Part shown: piece after piece, positions 51,301 to 59,881 of the stretch
Layout: the number at the start of each line of letters is the position of its first letter
Position numbering within the stretch: position 1 is the stretch's first letter
From: an uncultured bacterium
GTDB lineage: Bacteria; Acidobacteriota; Aminicenantia; UBA2199
Assembly: GCA_942492175.1 (NCBI GenBank)
Contig: CALODR010000009.1
Location: forward strand, 168,964-232,963
Length of the DNA: 64,000 nucleotides
Direction of reading: 5' to 3'
Program-made: the position numbers and the translations under genes
Notes under the pieces: generated by a model
The model's input: only the letters and a program-made list of their open reading frames with translations
Told to the model about the DNA's origin: nothing
The model's database searches: none

Positions 51301-51563
51301 TTTTCCTCCTGGAAATCTATTTTAGCAATCCCAAAAAAATAATGGAACATTTGAAAAACATTTCCCCGGAAAAACCCTGCAGGGAGTGCGTTCGGGTCTT
51401 CAGAGCTGTCCATGAACTGCGGGATTGAAGCAGAGTGCAGGGCAGTTTTAAAATAGCATCCATTAATATGGATAAAAATTAAAATAATTGACTGAAATTA
51501 TTTACAATTAACAAAGAATTTTGGATAATATCCGATCAAGTTTGAAAAATTAAAGGAGAACGT

Positions 51564-52109
51564 ATGAAAAAATTAGTTTCAATTATGGTTGCACTTATGT
51601 TTATTCTTTCCCTTGGGACAGGATTAAAAGCAGAAGAGAAAGAGCTTAATCTGATGGCAAATATCGGGTTTTCAATGTCAGATGTTGAAGGATTATTTGT
51701 TGATCTCGGAGTTGAGAAACAGCTCAAAGAAAACCTTTTTGCTCTACTGTATCTTGATTATTATCTGGATCCGACAGGAGAAAATTACTCAGGTTACGGA
51801 GTTGATGCAAGTCTCACCCTTATGGGGATTAATCTTGGGGCGGAATACAAAAAAGAATTAAATGAGAAGATGAAATGGTTCCTAAGGGCTGGTGTTCTTA
51901 TGGCTATTTCAAAGGCTACAGTTACATTCCTGGGATATAAAACATCTGATTCTTCCTCAGACTTCGGTATCTTTGGTGGTGGTGGAATTGAATATATGCT
52001 TCAGGAAAAACTTTCTCTCGTAGCGGGTGTTGCTCTGAATATGGTCTTCAGTGACGGTACTGGTACGTGGTTCAAGATTTTTGCGGGTATCAACTATAAA
52101 TTAAAATAA
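51564..52109 (+). CDS. Small outer-membrane beta-barrel-like protein (OmpW/OmpA-barrel-like)
   Basis: Signal peptide (ends ...GLKA); amphipathic beta-strand pattern; aromatic-rich C-terminus. Terminator hairpin downstream. Confidence 0.4.
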   Translation: MKKLVSIMVALMFILSLGTGLKAEEKELNLMANIGFSMSDVEGLFVDLGVEKQLKENLFALLYLDYYLDPTGENYSGYGVDASLTLMGINLGAEYKKELNEKMKWFLRAGVLMAISKATVTFLGYKTSDSSSDFGIFGGGGIEYMLQEKLSLVAGVALNMVFSDGTGTWFKIFAGINYKLK

Positions 52110-52118
52110 TTGAACATA

Positions 52119-52145
52119 GGGAGGGGGCTTCGTGCCCCCTTTGCT
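52119..52145 (+). terminator. Intrinsic terminator
   Basis: AGGGGGC-TTCGT-GCCCCCT hairpin followed by TTTG. Confidence 0.55.
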
Positions 52146-52207
52146 CTCATTAAATATTTCAACTTCCTGTCCGGGAAACAATAGTTTTTTTAATATATAA
52201 TTATTAA

Positions 52208-52804
52208 ATGATAAATATAGTATATATCCACGGGTTTATGTCTGCCGGAAGAGGCGGCAAATATGAAGCATTGAGGCGGCGGTACCGCAAAGGCTTCAAT
52301 ATCCTTTCTCCATCTTTCAGTGATTCTGTTTCTGAAGCAAAGAAAGAGCTGGATGATTTTATGAATAAAGAAGAGATGAATACTGAAGGGATTATCTGCC
52401 TTATAGGGACTTCTCTGGGAGGGTTTTATGCCCGTTACCTTGCATCTGTTTATAAGCTCAGGGCAATCCTGATCAATCCTGTTTTGAATCCTTCTGCTCA
52501 CATGAAAAAATATGTGGGAATGGAGCTGGCCAATTTTAAAACAGGGAAAGTGTTTGTTTTTACAAAACAGGATATTGAGACACTTGAATTGATGGAGAAA
52601 GAGATCAGAAATAATATGGATGAAGATTCTGTTTATCTGCCTGTACTGGCAACCATGGATGATGTTATTGATAAACAAATAGTTGAAAAAGAATTTGATG
52701 ATATTCTTTACATTGATGATGACCATCAGTTCAACACAGCTTTTGAGCCTTTTATAAGGAGGGAAGATGTGAGGAGTTTTATAACAGAAACCTACGGACT
52801 ATGA
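52208..52804 (+). CDS. YqiA-like alpha/beta-hydrolase esterase (UPF0227)
   Basis: IVYIHGFMS at the N-terminus; nucleophile elbow GTSLGG. 198 aa. Confidence 0.6.
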   Translation: MINIVYIHGFMSAGRGGKYEALRRRYRKGFNILSPSFSDSVSEAKKELDDFMNKEEMNTEGIICLIGTSLGGFYARYLASVYKLRAILINPVLNPSAHMKKYVGMELANFKTGKVFVFTKQDIETLELMEKEIRNNMDEDSVYLPVLATMDDVIDKQIVEKEFDDILYIDDDHQFNTAFEPFIRREDVRSFITETYGL

Positions 52805-52810
52805 AAAATT

Positions 52811-52874
52811 GAGACCAGAGCGGAGTAACTGGAGGAATGTGTGCGGGCCGGCACACGAACCCCGCTCTGATCTC
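52811..52874. terminator. Bidirectional terminator: nested inverted repeats between convergent genes
   Basis: GAGACCAGAGCGG ... CCGCTCTGATCTC outer arms; inner perfect hairpin GTGTGC-GGGCCG-GCACAC. Confidence 0.6.
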
Positions 52875-52926
52875 AAAAACCACATCGAAAACAAGAAACC
52901 AAAATAAACCTAAAGGAGGTTCATAT

Positions 52927-54648
52927 TTATTTCCTTTTTACTTCTATCACCTTGTTTGTATCATCATCTGAGATCATATCTTCTGCATGGATGAGTATGT
53001 TGTAATCATTTTGACTGATCATTCTCAGAGGAATTCTCAGTTTTGTCCTATTCTTGATGATTGAGATCTCTTTTGTGTCACTTTTTATTTCTTTCCCATC
53101 CATATCTATTATTTTGACAGTAATTCTAAGAAGAGCAACTTCTTTATCTTTTACTTTTTTAAGTTTAAATTCACTTAATTCAAATTCCAGTATGCCGTTG
53201 CTGAAGGAGGCGGAACTTATCTTTATTGCTTTCTTTTCAACTCCTTTTATAATTCCCAGCCCCATGTTGTAATTTATCAGGGCGAAATGGGGACTAAAAC
53301 CCTCTTTGTTCAAAATTTCAATTTTCAAGATGTTATCGGGAACTTTTATCTCTGTTTTTTTTATAATAGGTTTATTGCCAGTTATGGGCATATGGATCTT
53401 ATACAGGTCGAGATCAGTGTTACGGAAATGATCAGGTATTGAAATCTTAAAAACAGTTCCTGATCTTTTTTTTTCTTCTTTAACTATTTTTGCATCATCA
53501 ACTGTTACAGGCAATTTAAACATAGGATTCTTGGATATCATGTTCAAAACAACAAGCTTTTTCTCAAAATCATTCAGACTGAGGTATCCCCGGGACTTCT
53601 CCAGATTGCGGATTGTATGTATGCTTATATTTTTTCGTTTTGCTCTGACATCTATCTGTAAATGCCCTCCTTTCATGTCATCGGGGTTACGGAAGGTCAA
53701 TTCATAATAAGCTTTATGAACATTTGTTATTTTGTCATTTATTGATTTTGTGTCTCCTGTAAAGTATCTCCCCCCACTTAGTGAGGATAATACTTTTAGA
53801 AAAGTTTCTCCTGATTCTGAATCAGTCCCTCTCCCTCCCGTAGGGTTGATAAAGAAAAGAACTGCTCCGCTCCTAAGGAGGCTGCCGGCCATTTTACTTG
53901 CATGAGTGTCACCTCTGGAATATGATGAGTTTGATATCCCTTCTGAGAATAAGTATATAAATTTTGTCCCGGCTATATTTGCTATTGCATAATAAAGGGA
54001 TTGGAATGAAGATGAGAATTGTGAGCTTTTATTGGACAAATAGCGGGTTTGCTGGATGAGAAAGAACATTCTTTCGTCATGCTGATATTTTGTTTTTTCT
54101 CCTTCGCTATTATCCACACCTGAGCTGATACTCCTTTCGTTGTCTCTTCCTTTAACTCTTTTCTTTATAATCGTATTTATTCTCTGCTTGTCGTTTGTAG
54201 GACCCCCCAGGTAAGACAGTCCCTGAAAACCCTCGATCTTGAATAAAACAAATTTTGTGTCGGGTCCACTTCTGTTGACCAATTCTTCTGCGATTGCTTT
54301 TGATTTCATGATTGACGTGGATTTTGAAAGAGCAGTGTCAAATACAAGAACTATTACTTTCTCTTCTTTTCCGCTTTTAAACCATTTCGGTTTTTCATTA
54401 TTATCATTGAGGAATTTCCTCTTTATAAAATTGAAATCACTGACCTTTTTATCATTCACATACAGTTCAATTTCGTTTTGATTCAGGTCTGTGACGGAGT
54501 TTCCTCTTGCATCAACTGCATAGATAGGGACGATCCACTCTTCAACAACAATATTTTCAACAATTTGTTTCTCGGAGTTGATATTCAATGATAATGCCAT
54601 TATCAATGTGACAGCAATAAGGGATGTGATACTAAATTTTTTTGTCAT
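52927..54648 (-). CDS. Secreted hypothetical protein, possibly vWA-like
   Basis: Start at the Met at 54648 (GGAGG ribosome-binding site 9 nt upstream). Signal peptide. Weak vWA-like segment (KVIVLVFDTALSKS). No confident family. Confidence 0.3.
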   Translation of the reverse strand: MTKKFSITSLIAVTLIMALSLNINSEKQIVENIVVEEWIVPIYAVDARGNSVTDLNQNEIELYVNDKKVSDFNFIKRKFLNDNNEKPKWFKSGKEEKVIVLVFDTALSKSTSIMKSKAIAEELVNRSGPDTKFVLFKIEGFQGLSYLGGPTNDKQRINTIIKKRVKGRDNERSISSGVDNSEGEKTKYQHDERMFFLIQQTRYLSNKSSQFSSSFQSLYYAIANIAGTKFIYLFSEGISNSSYSRGDTHASKMAGSLLRSGAVLFFINPTGGRGTDSESGETFLKVLSSLSGGRYFTGDTKSINDKITNVHKAYYELTFRNPDDMKGGHLQIDVRAKRKNISIHTIRNLEKSRGYLSLNDFEKKLVVLNMISKNPMFKLPVTVDDAKIVKEEKKRSGTVFKISIPDHFRNTDLDLYKIHMPITGNKPIIKKTEIKVPDNILKIEILNKEGFSPHFALINYNMGLGIIKGVEKKAIKISSASFSNGILEFELSEFKLKKVKDKEVALLRITVKIIDMDGKEIKSDTKEISIIKNRTKLRIPLRMISQNDYNILIHAEDMISDDDTNKVIEVKRK

Positions 54649-54727
54649 TAAGTTTACCTCCAATATTTAGTAATACGGAAAGTTTTAAAATATCTGGAAT
54701 TATTCCCTAAAGTTTACTGAATTTTTC

Positions 54728-54746
54728 AAAAGGGGACAGGTACCTT
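54728..54746 (+). repeat. Repeat-family copy in the promoter region of 52927..54648
   Basis: AAAAGGGGACAGGTACCTT. Confidence 0.7.
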
Positions 54747-54813
54747 AAAATCCTGCTAATTTTCTATAAGAGCACAATTTGCCTGTAGGGTGAATGTTCC
54801 TATTAAAGGTATT

Positions 54814-55275
54814 TCAATCTTCTATGATATTTTCTTTCCACGCAATTACTGAAGGTGGGATAACAGCGACCAGAAAGTTAAAAAAAAGGCAGAGTATAAG
54901 TCCCAGTGCATAATGTCCACGGTGAGTGAGTACCAACCAGTTGTATCTGACCGACAAGACGGTCCCGAATAACAGCAAGGGGGCAATAACCCCGAATATA
55001 TTGTATGAGTGCCTGACCGAATCAAGAATTACTCCTTTTTCTCTTTCATCGAGTTTGTGAGATTTTGCTCTGTATAATCTCCATATCCCAGGCTTTACAA
55101 TTGACAAATAAAAAGAAGTTACCGCATTAACCAAAAAGACCAGAGCTCCTGATATGAGCAATCCATTCCAGTGTGAATATTCACCGATAAGGAATAAAGT
55201 AAAAAAAACTATTGCAGAAATGTACATATTCAACACGCCCATTCTCCTTGATTTTATTGAAAATTGTTTACCCAT
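54814..55275 (-). CDS. Four-transmembrane protein partnered with an XRE-family regulator (DUF2178/DUF2975-like pairing)
   Basis: Four predicted helices. Overlaps the upstream helix-turn-helix gene by 8 nt. Confidence 0.35.
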   Translation of the reverse strand: MGKQFSIKSRRMGVLNMYISAIVFFTLFLIGEYSHWNGLLISGALVFLVNAVTSFYLSIVKPGIWRLYRAKSHKLDEREKGVILDSVRHSYNIFGVIAPLLLFGTVLSVRYNWLVLTHRGHYALGLILCLFFNFLVAVIPPSVIAWKENIIED

Positions 55276-55528
55276 TTTTACCTCCTTTAAGATCCATTAA
55301 TTGTTCGCTCATCGGTTTTAAGGGATTCGGGGAAAAGATGAAATCTACAGGGAGTTTGAAAAATTCTGAGATCCGGAAAGCCAGATCAAGACTGGGGTTG
55401 TATTCTTCTCTCTCAAGGTATCCTACTGTTTGAAAATTTACTCCAATATTATCTGCCAGTTCTTGCCGCGATATTCCCTTCTCCCTTCTTAAAGTACCGA
55501 TCCTGTTGAAAATCTTTCTTTGTTTCAT
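55268..55528 (-). CDS. XRE-family helix-turn-helix transcriptional regulator (YozG-like short form)
   Basis: Start at the Met at 55528. LRREKGISRQELADNIGVNFQTVGYLE is a canonical HTH_3 motif. Confidence 0.7.
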   Translation of the reverse strand: MKQRKIFNRIGTLRREKGISRQELADNIGVNFQTVGYLEREEYNPSLDLAFRISEFFKLPVDFIFSPNPLKPMSEQLMDLKGGKNG

Positions 55529-55609
55529 GTATGTATTATAGTATAAAACGTTGTATATATACAACAAAAAATATAAAAAAATAAACAAATACTGATTTTT
55601 TATATATCT

Positions 55610-55630
55610 GAAAGGGGACAGGTACCATTG
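55610..55630 (+). repeat. Repeat-family copy upstream of the helix-turn-helix regulator gene
   Basis: GAAAGGGGACAGGTACCATTG. Confidence 0.7.
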
Positions 55631-55683
55631 AAAATAACAAAAAATAGTACCTCTAAGTGATGTTCGGAACAGATTAGTGGTGT

Positions 55684-56993
55684 CTATTTATATTTTATCC
55701 ACTTTATAATTTCTTTAACAGACGGTTTTTTGCCATACATCAGAATTCCAATCCTGAATATTTTAGCACCCAGCCATGCCAGCAGAATAGTAAATCCTAC
55801 ACTCAGAGTGATAGAAAGTAGTATCTGTGAGAATGCGGGTGTTGCAACACTAATCCTCATAAACATCAAAGTCGGCGTAAATAACGGAAACAGTGATGTC
55901 CCGACCACAAGCGGAGTGTTTGGATTCTGAGTGACCATTATGCCTATCATGAATGGAATAATAAGAAGGTAAGTTATGGGAGCTGCATATTGCTGAGCTT
56001 CCTGATCGGTATTTACCGATGCACCAACAATTGAAAATAAGATGGAATACATAAAATAACCTATTATGAAGAAGATAATGAAATATATACCAAGCTCCAA
56101 TGTTAGGAAATTTAAAATAGATTTATCTATTCCTAGAGAGAATTTCCCCATTAATAACCATCCCATAACCATCCATATCCCCACCTGGGTTAAACCTGCC
56201 AGGCCGATTCCGATGATCTTCCCGTAAAAGAGACTCTGTGTATTGGTCGATGAGATTAAAACTTCTACTATCCTGTTGTTTTTTTCTTCAATCACGCCTC
56301 TCATGATCAGCTGACCGTATCCCATAAGGACAGAAAATAAAATAGTGAGCATGAAAATAGACATCATATATGCGGTTGTTGAGGATGATTTTGTCGCACC
56401 TTCCTCTTTAATTACAAAAAGATCCGGTTTTATTTCTGCAGTTGCTTTTTGGACAATCTCAACAATTCCCGGATCCTCTATTTTTTCTTTTAGTATCTTT
56501 GAGGAGAGGATGCTTTTAACAGAACTGTTTAAGAATCTGTTCAATTCAAAATCTGAAATATTCTGGGCACAGAAATACATTCTTCTTGTTTCTGCAATGT
56601 TAGATGGTATCAGCAGGAGGCCGCTGATCTTTTTTTCAAGTATCTCATTCTTATAATGATCAGCAAGCACAAAATCCTTATTGCTTTTATCTTCAATGCT
56701 CTTTTCATAGTTTTTTATCATTGAGCTCTGTTCTTCAAGCAAATCAGTATCGGCTATAAACTTTAGTTTCAGTTTTTCTTTGACATATTCATTACTATTA
56801 TTAATCTCAAGAAAATCTCTTTTTATGATATCTGAGTAATCGGTAATTTTTATGACCTTCTCCTCTCTTCCCACCTTGGTAAGAAGCATCGGTATAAATA
56901 TAAAAGCTGCCATTATTGCCGGCGTAAGGATTGTTGCAATTATGAATGATTTCTTTTTTACTATCTGTTTATACTCTCTGATTATTATTGCTG
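55684..56993 (-). CDS. ABC-2 type transporter permease
   Basis: Start at the Met at 56993 (AAGGAAGGGG ribosome-binding site). N-terminal transmembrane helix, a large extracytoplasmic loop, and five C-terminal helices (ABC-2 family architecture). Confidence 0.6.
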
Positions 56994-57004
56994 CGATTTT
57001 CATT

Positions 57005-57925
57005 TTATTCCCCTTCCTTATTAGAACCGCCTGAAGCATTTCTGATAAAAATATTGTTAAGTGATGGCTCCGTTAACGAGAAACTGTTAATCGAAATTTT
57101 TGAGACCAGATCTTTAAGAAGTTTTTCCTTATCTTTGATATCATCTAATTCGATCTCCATCTCCTTGCCGTAATCCTTGAATTCTTTCACATATTTTAAT
57201 GTAGATACAAACTCACCATTACCTTCATAATTGATTTTAATAAATTTCTTTCCATATTCGGATTTTACATCATTCAGATTTCCATCAAGGACTTTTTTCC
57301 CTTTGCTTACCATTACTATTGAATCAACAATTTTTTCTGCATAATCCATAAGATGGGTTGAGAAAATAATCGTTATCCCCTCTCTTTTCATTTCAAGGAT
57401 AAGATCTTTCACCAACTCGATATTGATAGGGTCAAGCCCGGAAAATGGTTCATCGAGAATAAGGAGATCGGGAGAATGGATTATTGTTGTTATTATCTGA
57501 AGTTTTTGTGCCATACCCTTTGATAATTCTTCGATTTTCTTGTCGTTGTAATCAAAGAGATCAAATTTTTTAAGTAGTTCTTCGCCACGGATTTTAATAG
57601 ATCCTGAGCTCATACCCTTAAGTTTACCGAAGAATTGTAAAGTTTCTGAAACCTTCATCTTTCTATACAATCCTCTCTCTTCAGGAAGGTAGCCAATCCT
57701 GTCCTTCAATTTCTCATTGAACTTCTCTCCAAGTATCTTTATATCACCACTGTCCGGAGCGATTATATTCATGATCATTCTTATCGTTGTGGTTTTTCCT
57801 GCTCCGTTTGGACCCAGCAGTCCGAGGATCTCCCCCTTTCTGACTGTAATAGATATGTTGTCTACGGCTTTTTTCCCGTCAAATTCTTTAACTAATCCAC
57901 TTAATTCCAGCATAGTATTATCCAT
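57005..57925 (-). CDS. ABC transporter ATP-binding protein
   Basis: Walker A GPNGAGKTT; signature LSKGMAQKL; Walker B LLILDEP; H-loop. Confidence 0.85.
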   Translation of the reverse strand: MDNTMLELSGLVKEFDGKKAVDNISITVRKGEILGLLGPNGAGKTTTIRMIMNIIAPDSGDIKILGEKFNEKLKDRIGYLPEERGLYRKMKVSETLQFFGKLKGMSSGSIKIRGEELLKKFDLFDYNDKKIEELSKGMAQKLQIITTIIHSPDLLILDEPFSGLDPINIELVKDLILEMKREGITIIFSTHLMDYAEKIVDSIVMVSKGKKVLDGNLNDVKSEYGKKFIKINYEGNGEFVSTLKYVKEFKDYGKEMEIELDDIKDKEKLLKDLVSKISINSFSLTEPSLNNIFIRNASGGSNKEGE

Positions 57926-57987
57926 GATCCCTCCGAAAATGGTATGTAACAGATACCCTATTTTATCACAAAAGGTTACATATATGA

Positions 57988-59481
57988 TTAAAACTCAGAT
58001 TTTTTTACACTATCAAACTCTTCGGAGATCTCCTTAGAAGGAAGCTTATCTAATAAACTGACCATGATAATTGCAATCGCTGAGAACAGGAATCCGGGAA
58101 CGATCTCATAAAGATCGAATATTCCTCCCGAAATATTTTTCCATATAAGAACAGTGATCCCGCCGGTGAAAATTCCTCCTATTGCACCTTTAGCTGTCAT
58201 CCTTTTCCAGAAAAGGGATAGTATTACCACAGGCCCGAAGGTCGCTCCGAATCCGGCCCATGCATATGCAACAAGTTCAAGGACACTGCTCTCGGGATTA
58301 AGGGCGATAACAAATGCAATTGCAGCAACAATGATAACCGATATTCTGCTGATCCAGACTAATTCTTTATCGCCCGGTTTCCTCTTTAATAAAATTCTAT
58401 AGAGGTCTTCAGTGATGGCGGATGAAGTTACAAGCAATTGGGAGTCAGCGGTGCTCATTACTGCTGCAAGAATTGCGGCAAGGAGTATGCCTCCTATCAA
58501 GGGCGTGGTGAGTTGATTTACAAGTACCATAAATACTGTTTCGGAAGCGGCTTTTCCAATAAGCGGGTTATCAATTAGCAATATTCTTCCTACTATTCCC
58601 ACTACAACAGCAGCAGACAAACTGATTATTACCCATCCCATAGCGATTCTTCTTGCCTTTTTTACTTTATCAGAAGAACTGATTGCCATGAATCTTGCAA
58701 GTATGTGCGGCTGTCCGAAATATCCAAAACCCCAGGCTACAAGTGACAGGACCGGTATGAACTTCAGGTTTTCTCCTGAAGTAGCAGTAAATATATTTAA
58801 AAGTTCAGGATTTATTGCCTTGGCTTTTGCAATTGTTTGGCTGAACCCTCCTAAAGCGGATACACCGAGAATAGGTATTATTATAATTGCAAAGAACATA
58901 AGCATTCCCTGGAAAAAATCTGTCCAACTGACTGCCATGAATCCACCCAGAAAAGTATAGCCGATGATTACAAATACGCCGATTGAGAGTGCGAAAAAAT
59001 AAGGGATATTAAAAACCGTGTAAAAGAGTTTTGCCCCTGCAACAAAGCCGGAAGAAGTGTAAAGTAAAAAGAAAATTATAATAAAAATTGCGGAGAGGAT
59101 TCTTAATGTCCCGCTTTTATCACGAAAACGGTTCTCAAAGAAGACGGGCAATGTGATCGAATTTCCTGACACCTGAGTATATTTTCTTAATCTTTTTGCA
59201 ATGAACTTCCAATTGAGGTAGGTGCCGATCATAAGTCCCAATGCTATCCATCCTGCTTCAAGGCCTGCCAGATATGCATATCCCGGAAGTCCGAGGAGAA
59301 GCCATCCGCTCATATCAGAAGCCTGGGCGCTTAAAGATGTCACCCATGCATTCAGTCCTCTTCCCCCGAGGACATAATCAGAGAGGTTCTTTGTCCTGTT
59401 ATAAAAGTACCAGCCGATGGTCATCATAAAAATAAGATAAATGGCGAACGAAATAAAAGTTCCTGCGCTTGCTCCTGACAT
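57988..59481 (-). CDS. Sodium:solute symporter (SSS family, PutP/PanF-like)
   Basis: 13-TM SSF architecture with conserved GGRGLN..W and STADS-like segments. Start taken at the Met at 59481. Confidence 0.7.
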   Translation of the reverse strand: MSGASAGTFISFAIYLIFMMTIGWYFYNRTKNLSDYVLGGRGLNAWVTSLSAQASDMSGWLLLGLPGYAYLAGLEAGWIALGLMIGTYLNWKFIAKRLRKYTQVSGNSITLPVFFENRFRDKSGTLRILSAIFIIIFFLLYTSSGFVAGAKLFYTVFNIPYFFALSIGVFVIIGYTFLGGFMAVSWTDFFQGMLMFFAIIIIPILGVSALGGFSQTIAKAKAINPELLNIFTATSGENLKFIPVLSLVAWGFGYFGQPHILARFMAISSSDKVKKARRIAMGWVIISLSAAVVVGIVGRILLIDNPLIGKAASETVFMVLVNQLTTPLIGGILLAAILAAVMSTADSQLLVTSSAITEDLYRILLKRKPGDKELVWISRISVIIVAAIAFVIALNPESSVLELVAYAWAGFGATFGPVVILSLFWKRMTAKGAIGGIFTGGITVLIWKNISGGIFDLYEIVPGFLFSAIAIIMVSLLDKLPSKEISEEFDSVKKSEF

Positions 59482-59542
59482 GGCAATTCTCCGGAATTGA
59501 TTTAAGAAATATAATAAACACTCCGACAAAATATATCAAGCC

Positions 59543-59603
59543 AAAAGGGGACAGGTAACTTTGGTTATCTGAAAATATCAACCATGTACCTGTCCCTTTT
59601 TCT
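59543..59603. repeat. Palindromic copy of the repeat family in the divergent region between the SSS symporter and the surface-protein gene
   Basis: AAAAGGGGACAGGTAAC-N27-TACCTGTCCCTTTTT. Confidence 0.75.
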
Positions 59604-59751
59604 TGAAAAATAAAAACTACTTTTCATTGCTTATCAATTGCTAAATTGACAATAATTAACAAAATGTGGTGTTTTTTATTTATGGGAGTGATAAAACAAA
59701 AAATATAGTTATATATAAACTATAAAAAATGAACGTTATTCAATAAAGTGC

Positions 59752-59780
59752 TTGACGAATCCAAAATCTTGAATTAAAAT
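59752..59780 (+). promoter_or_regulatory. Sigma70-like promoter candidate for the surface-protein gene
   Basis: TTGACG at 59752-59757, a 17-nt spacer, TAAAAT at 59775-59780, within an AT-rich region. Confidence 0.3.
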
Positions 59781-59881
59781 ATCACATTTTTTTAATATTC
59801 CAATATTTTACAAGGGCAAAAATATTTAAAATGTTGAAATTATAAAAAATATAAGTTATAATAAAATTTCCAGGAGGTTTT

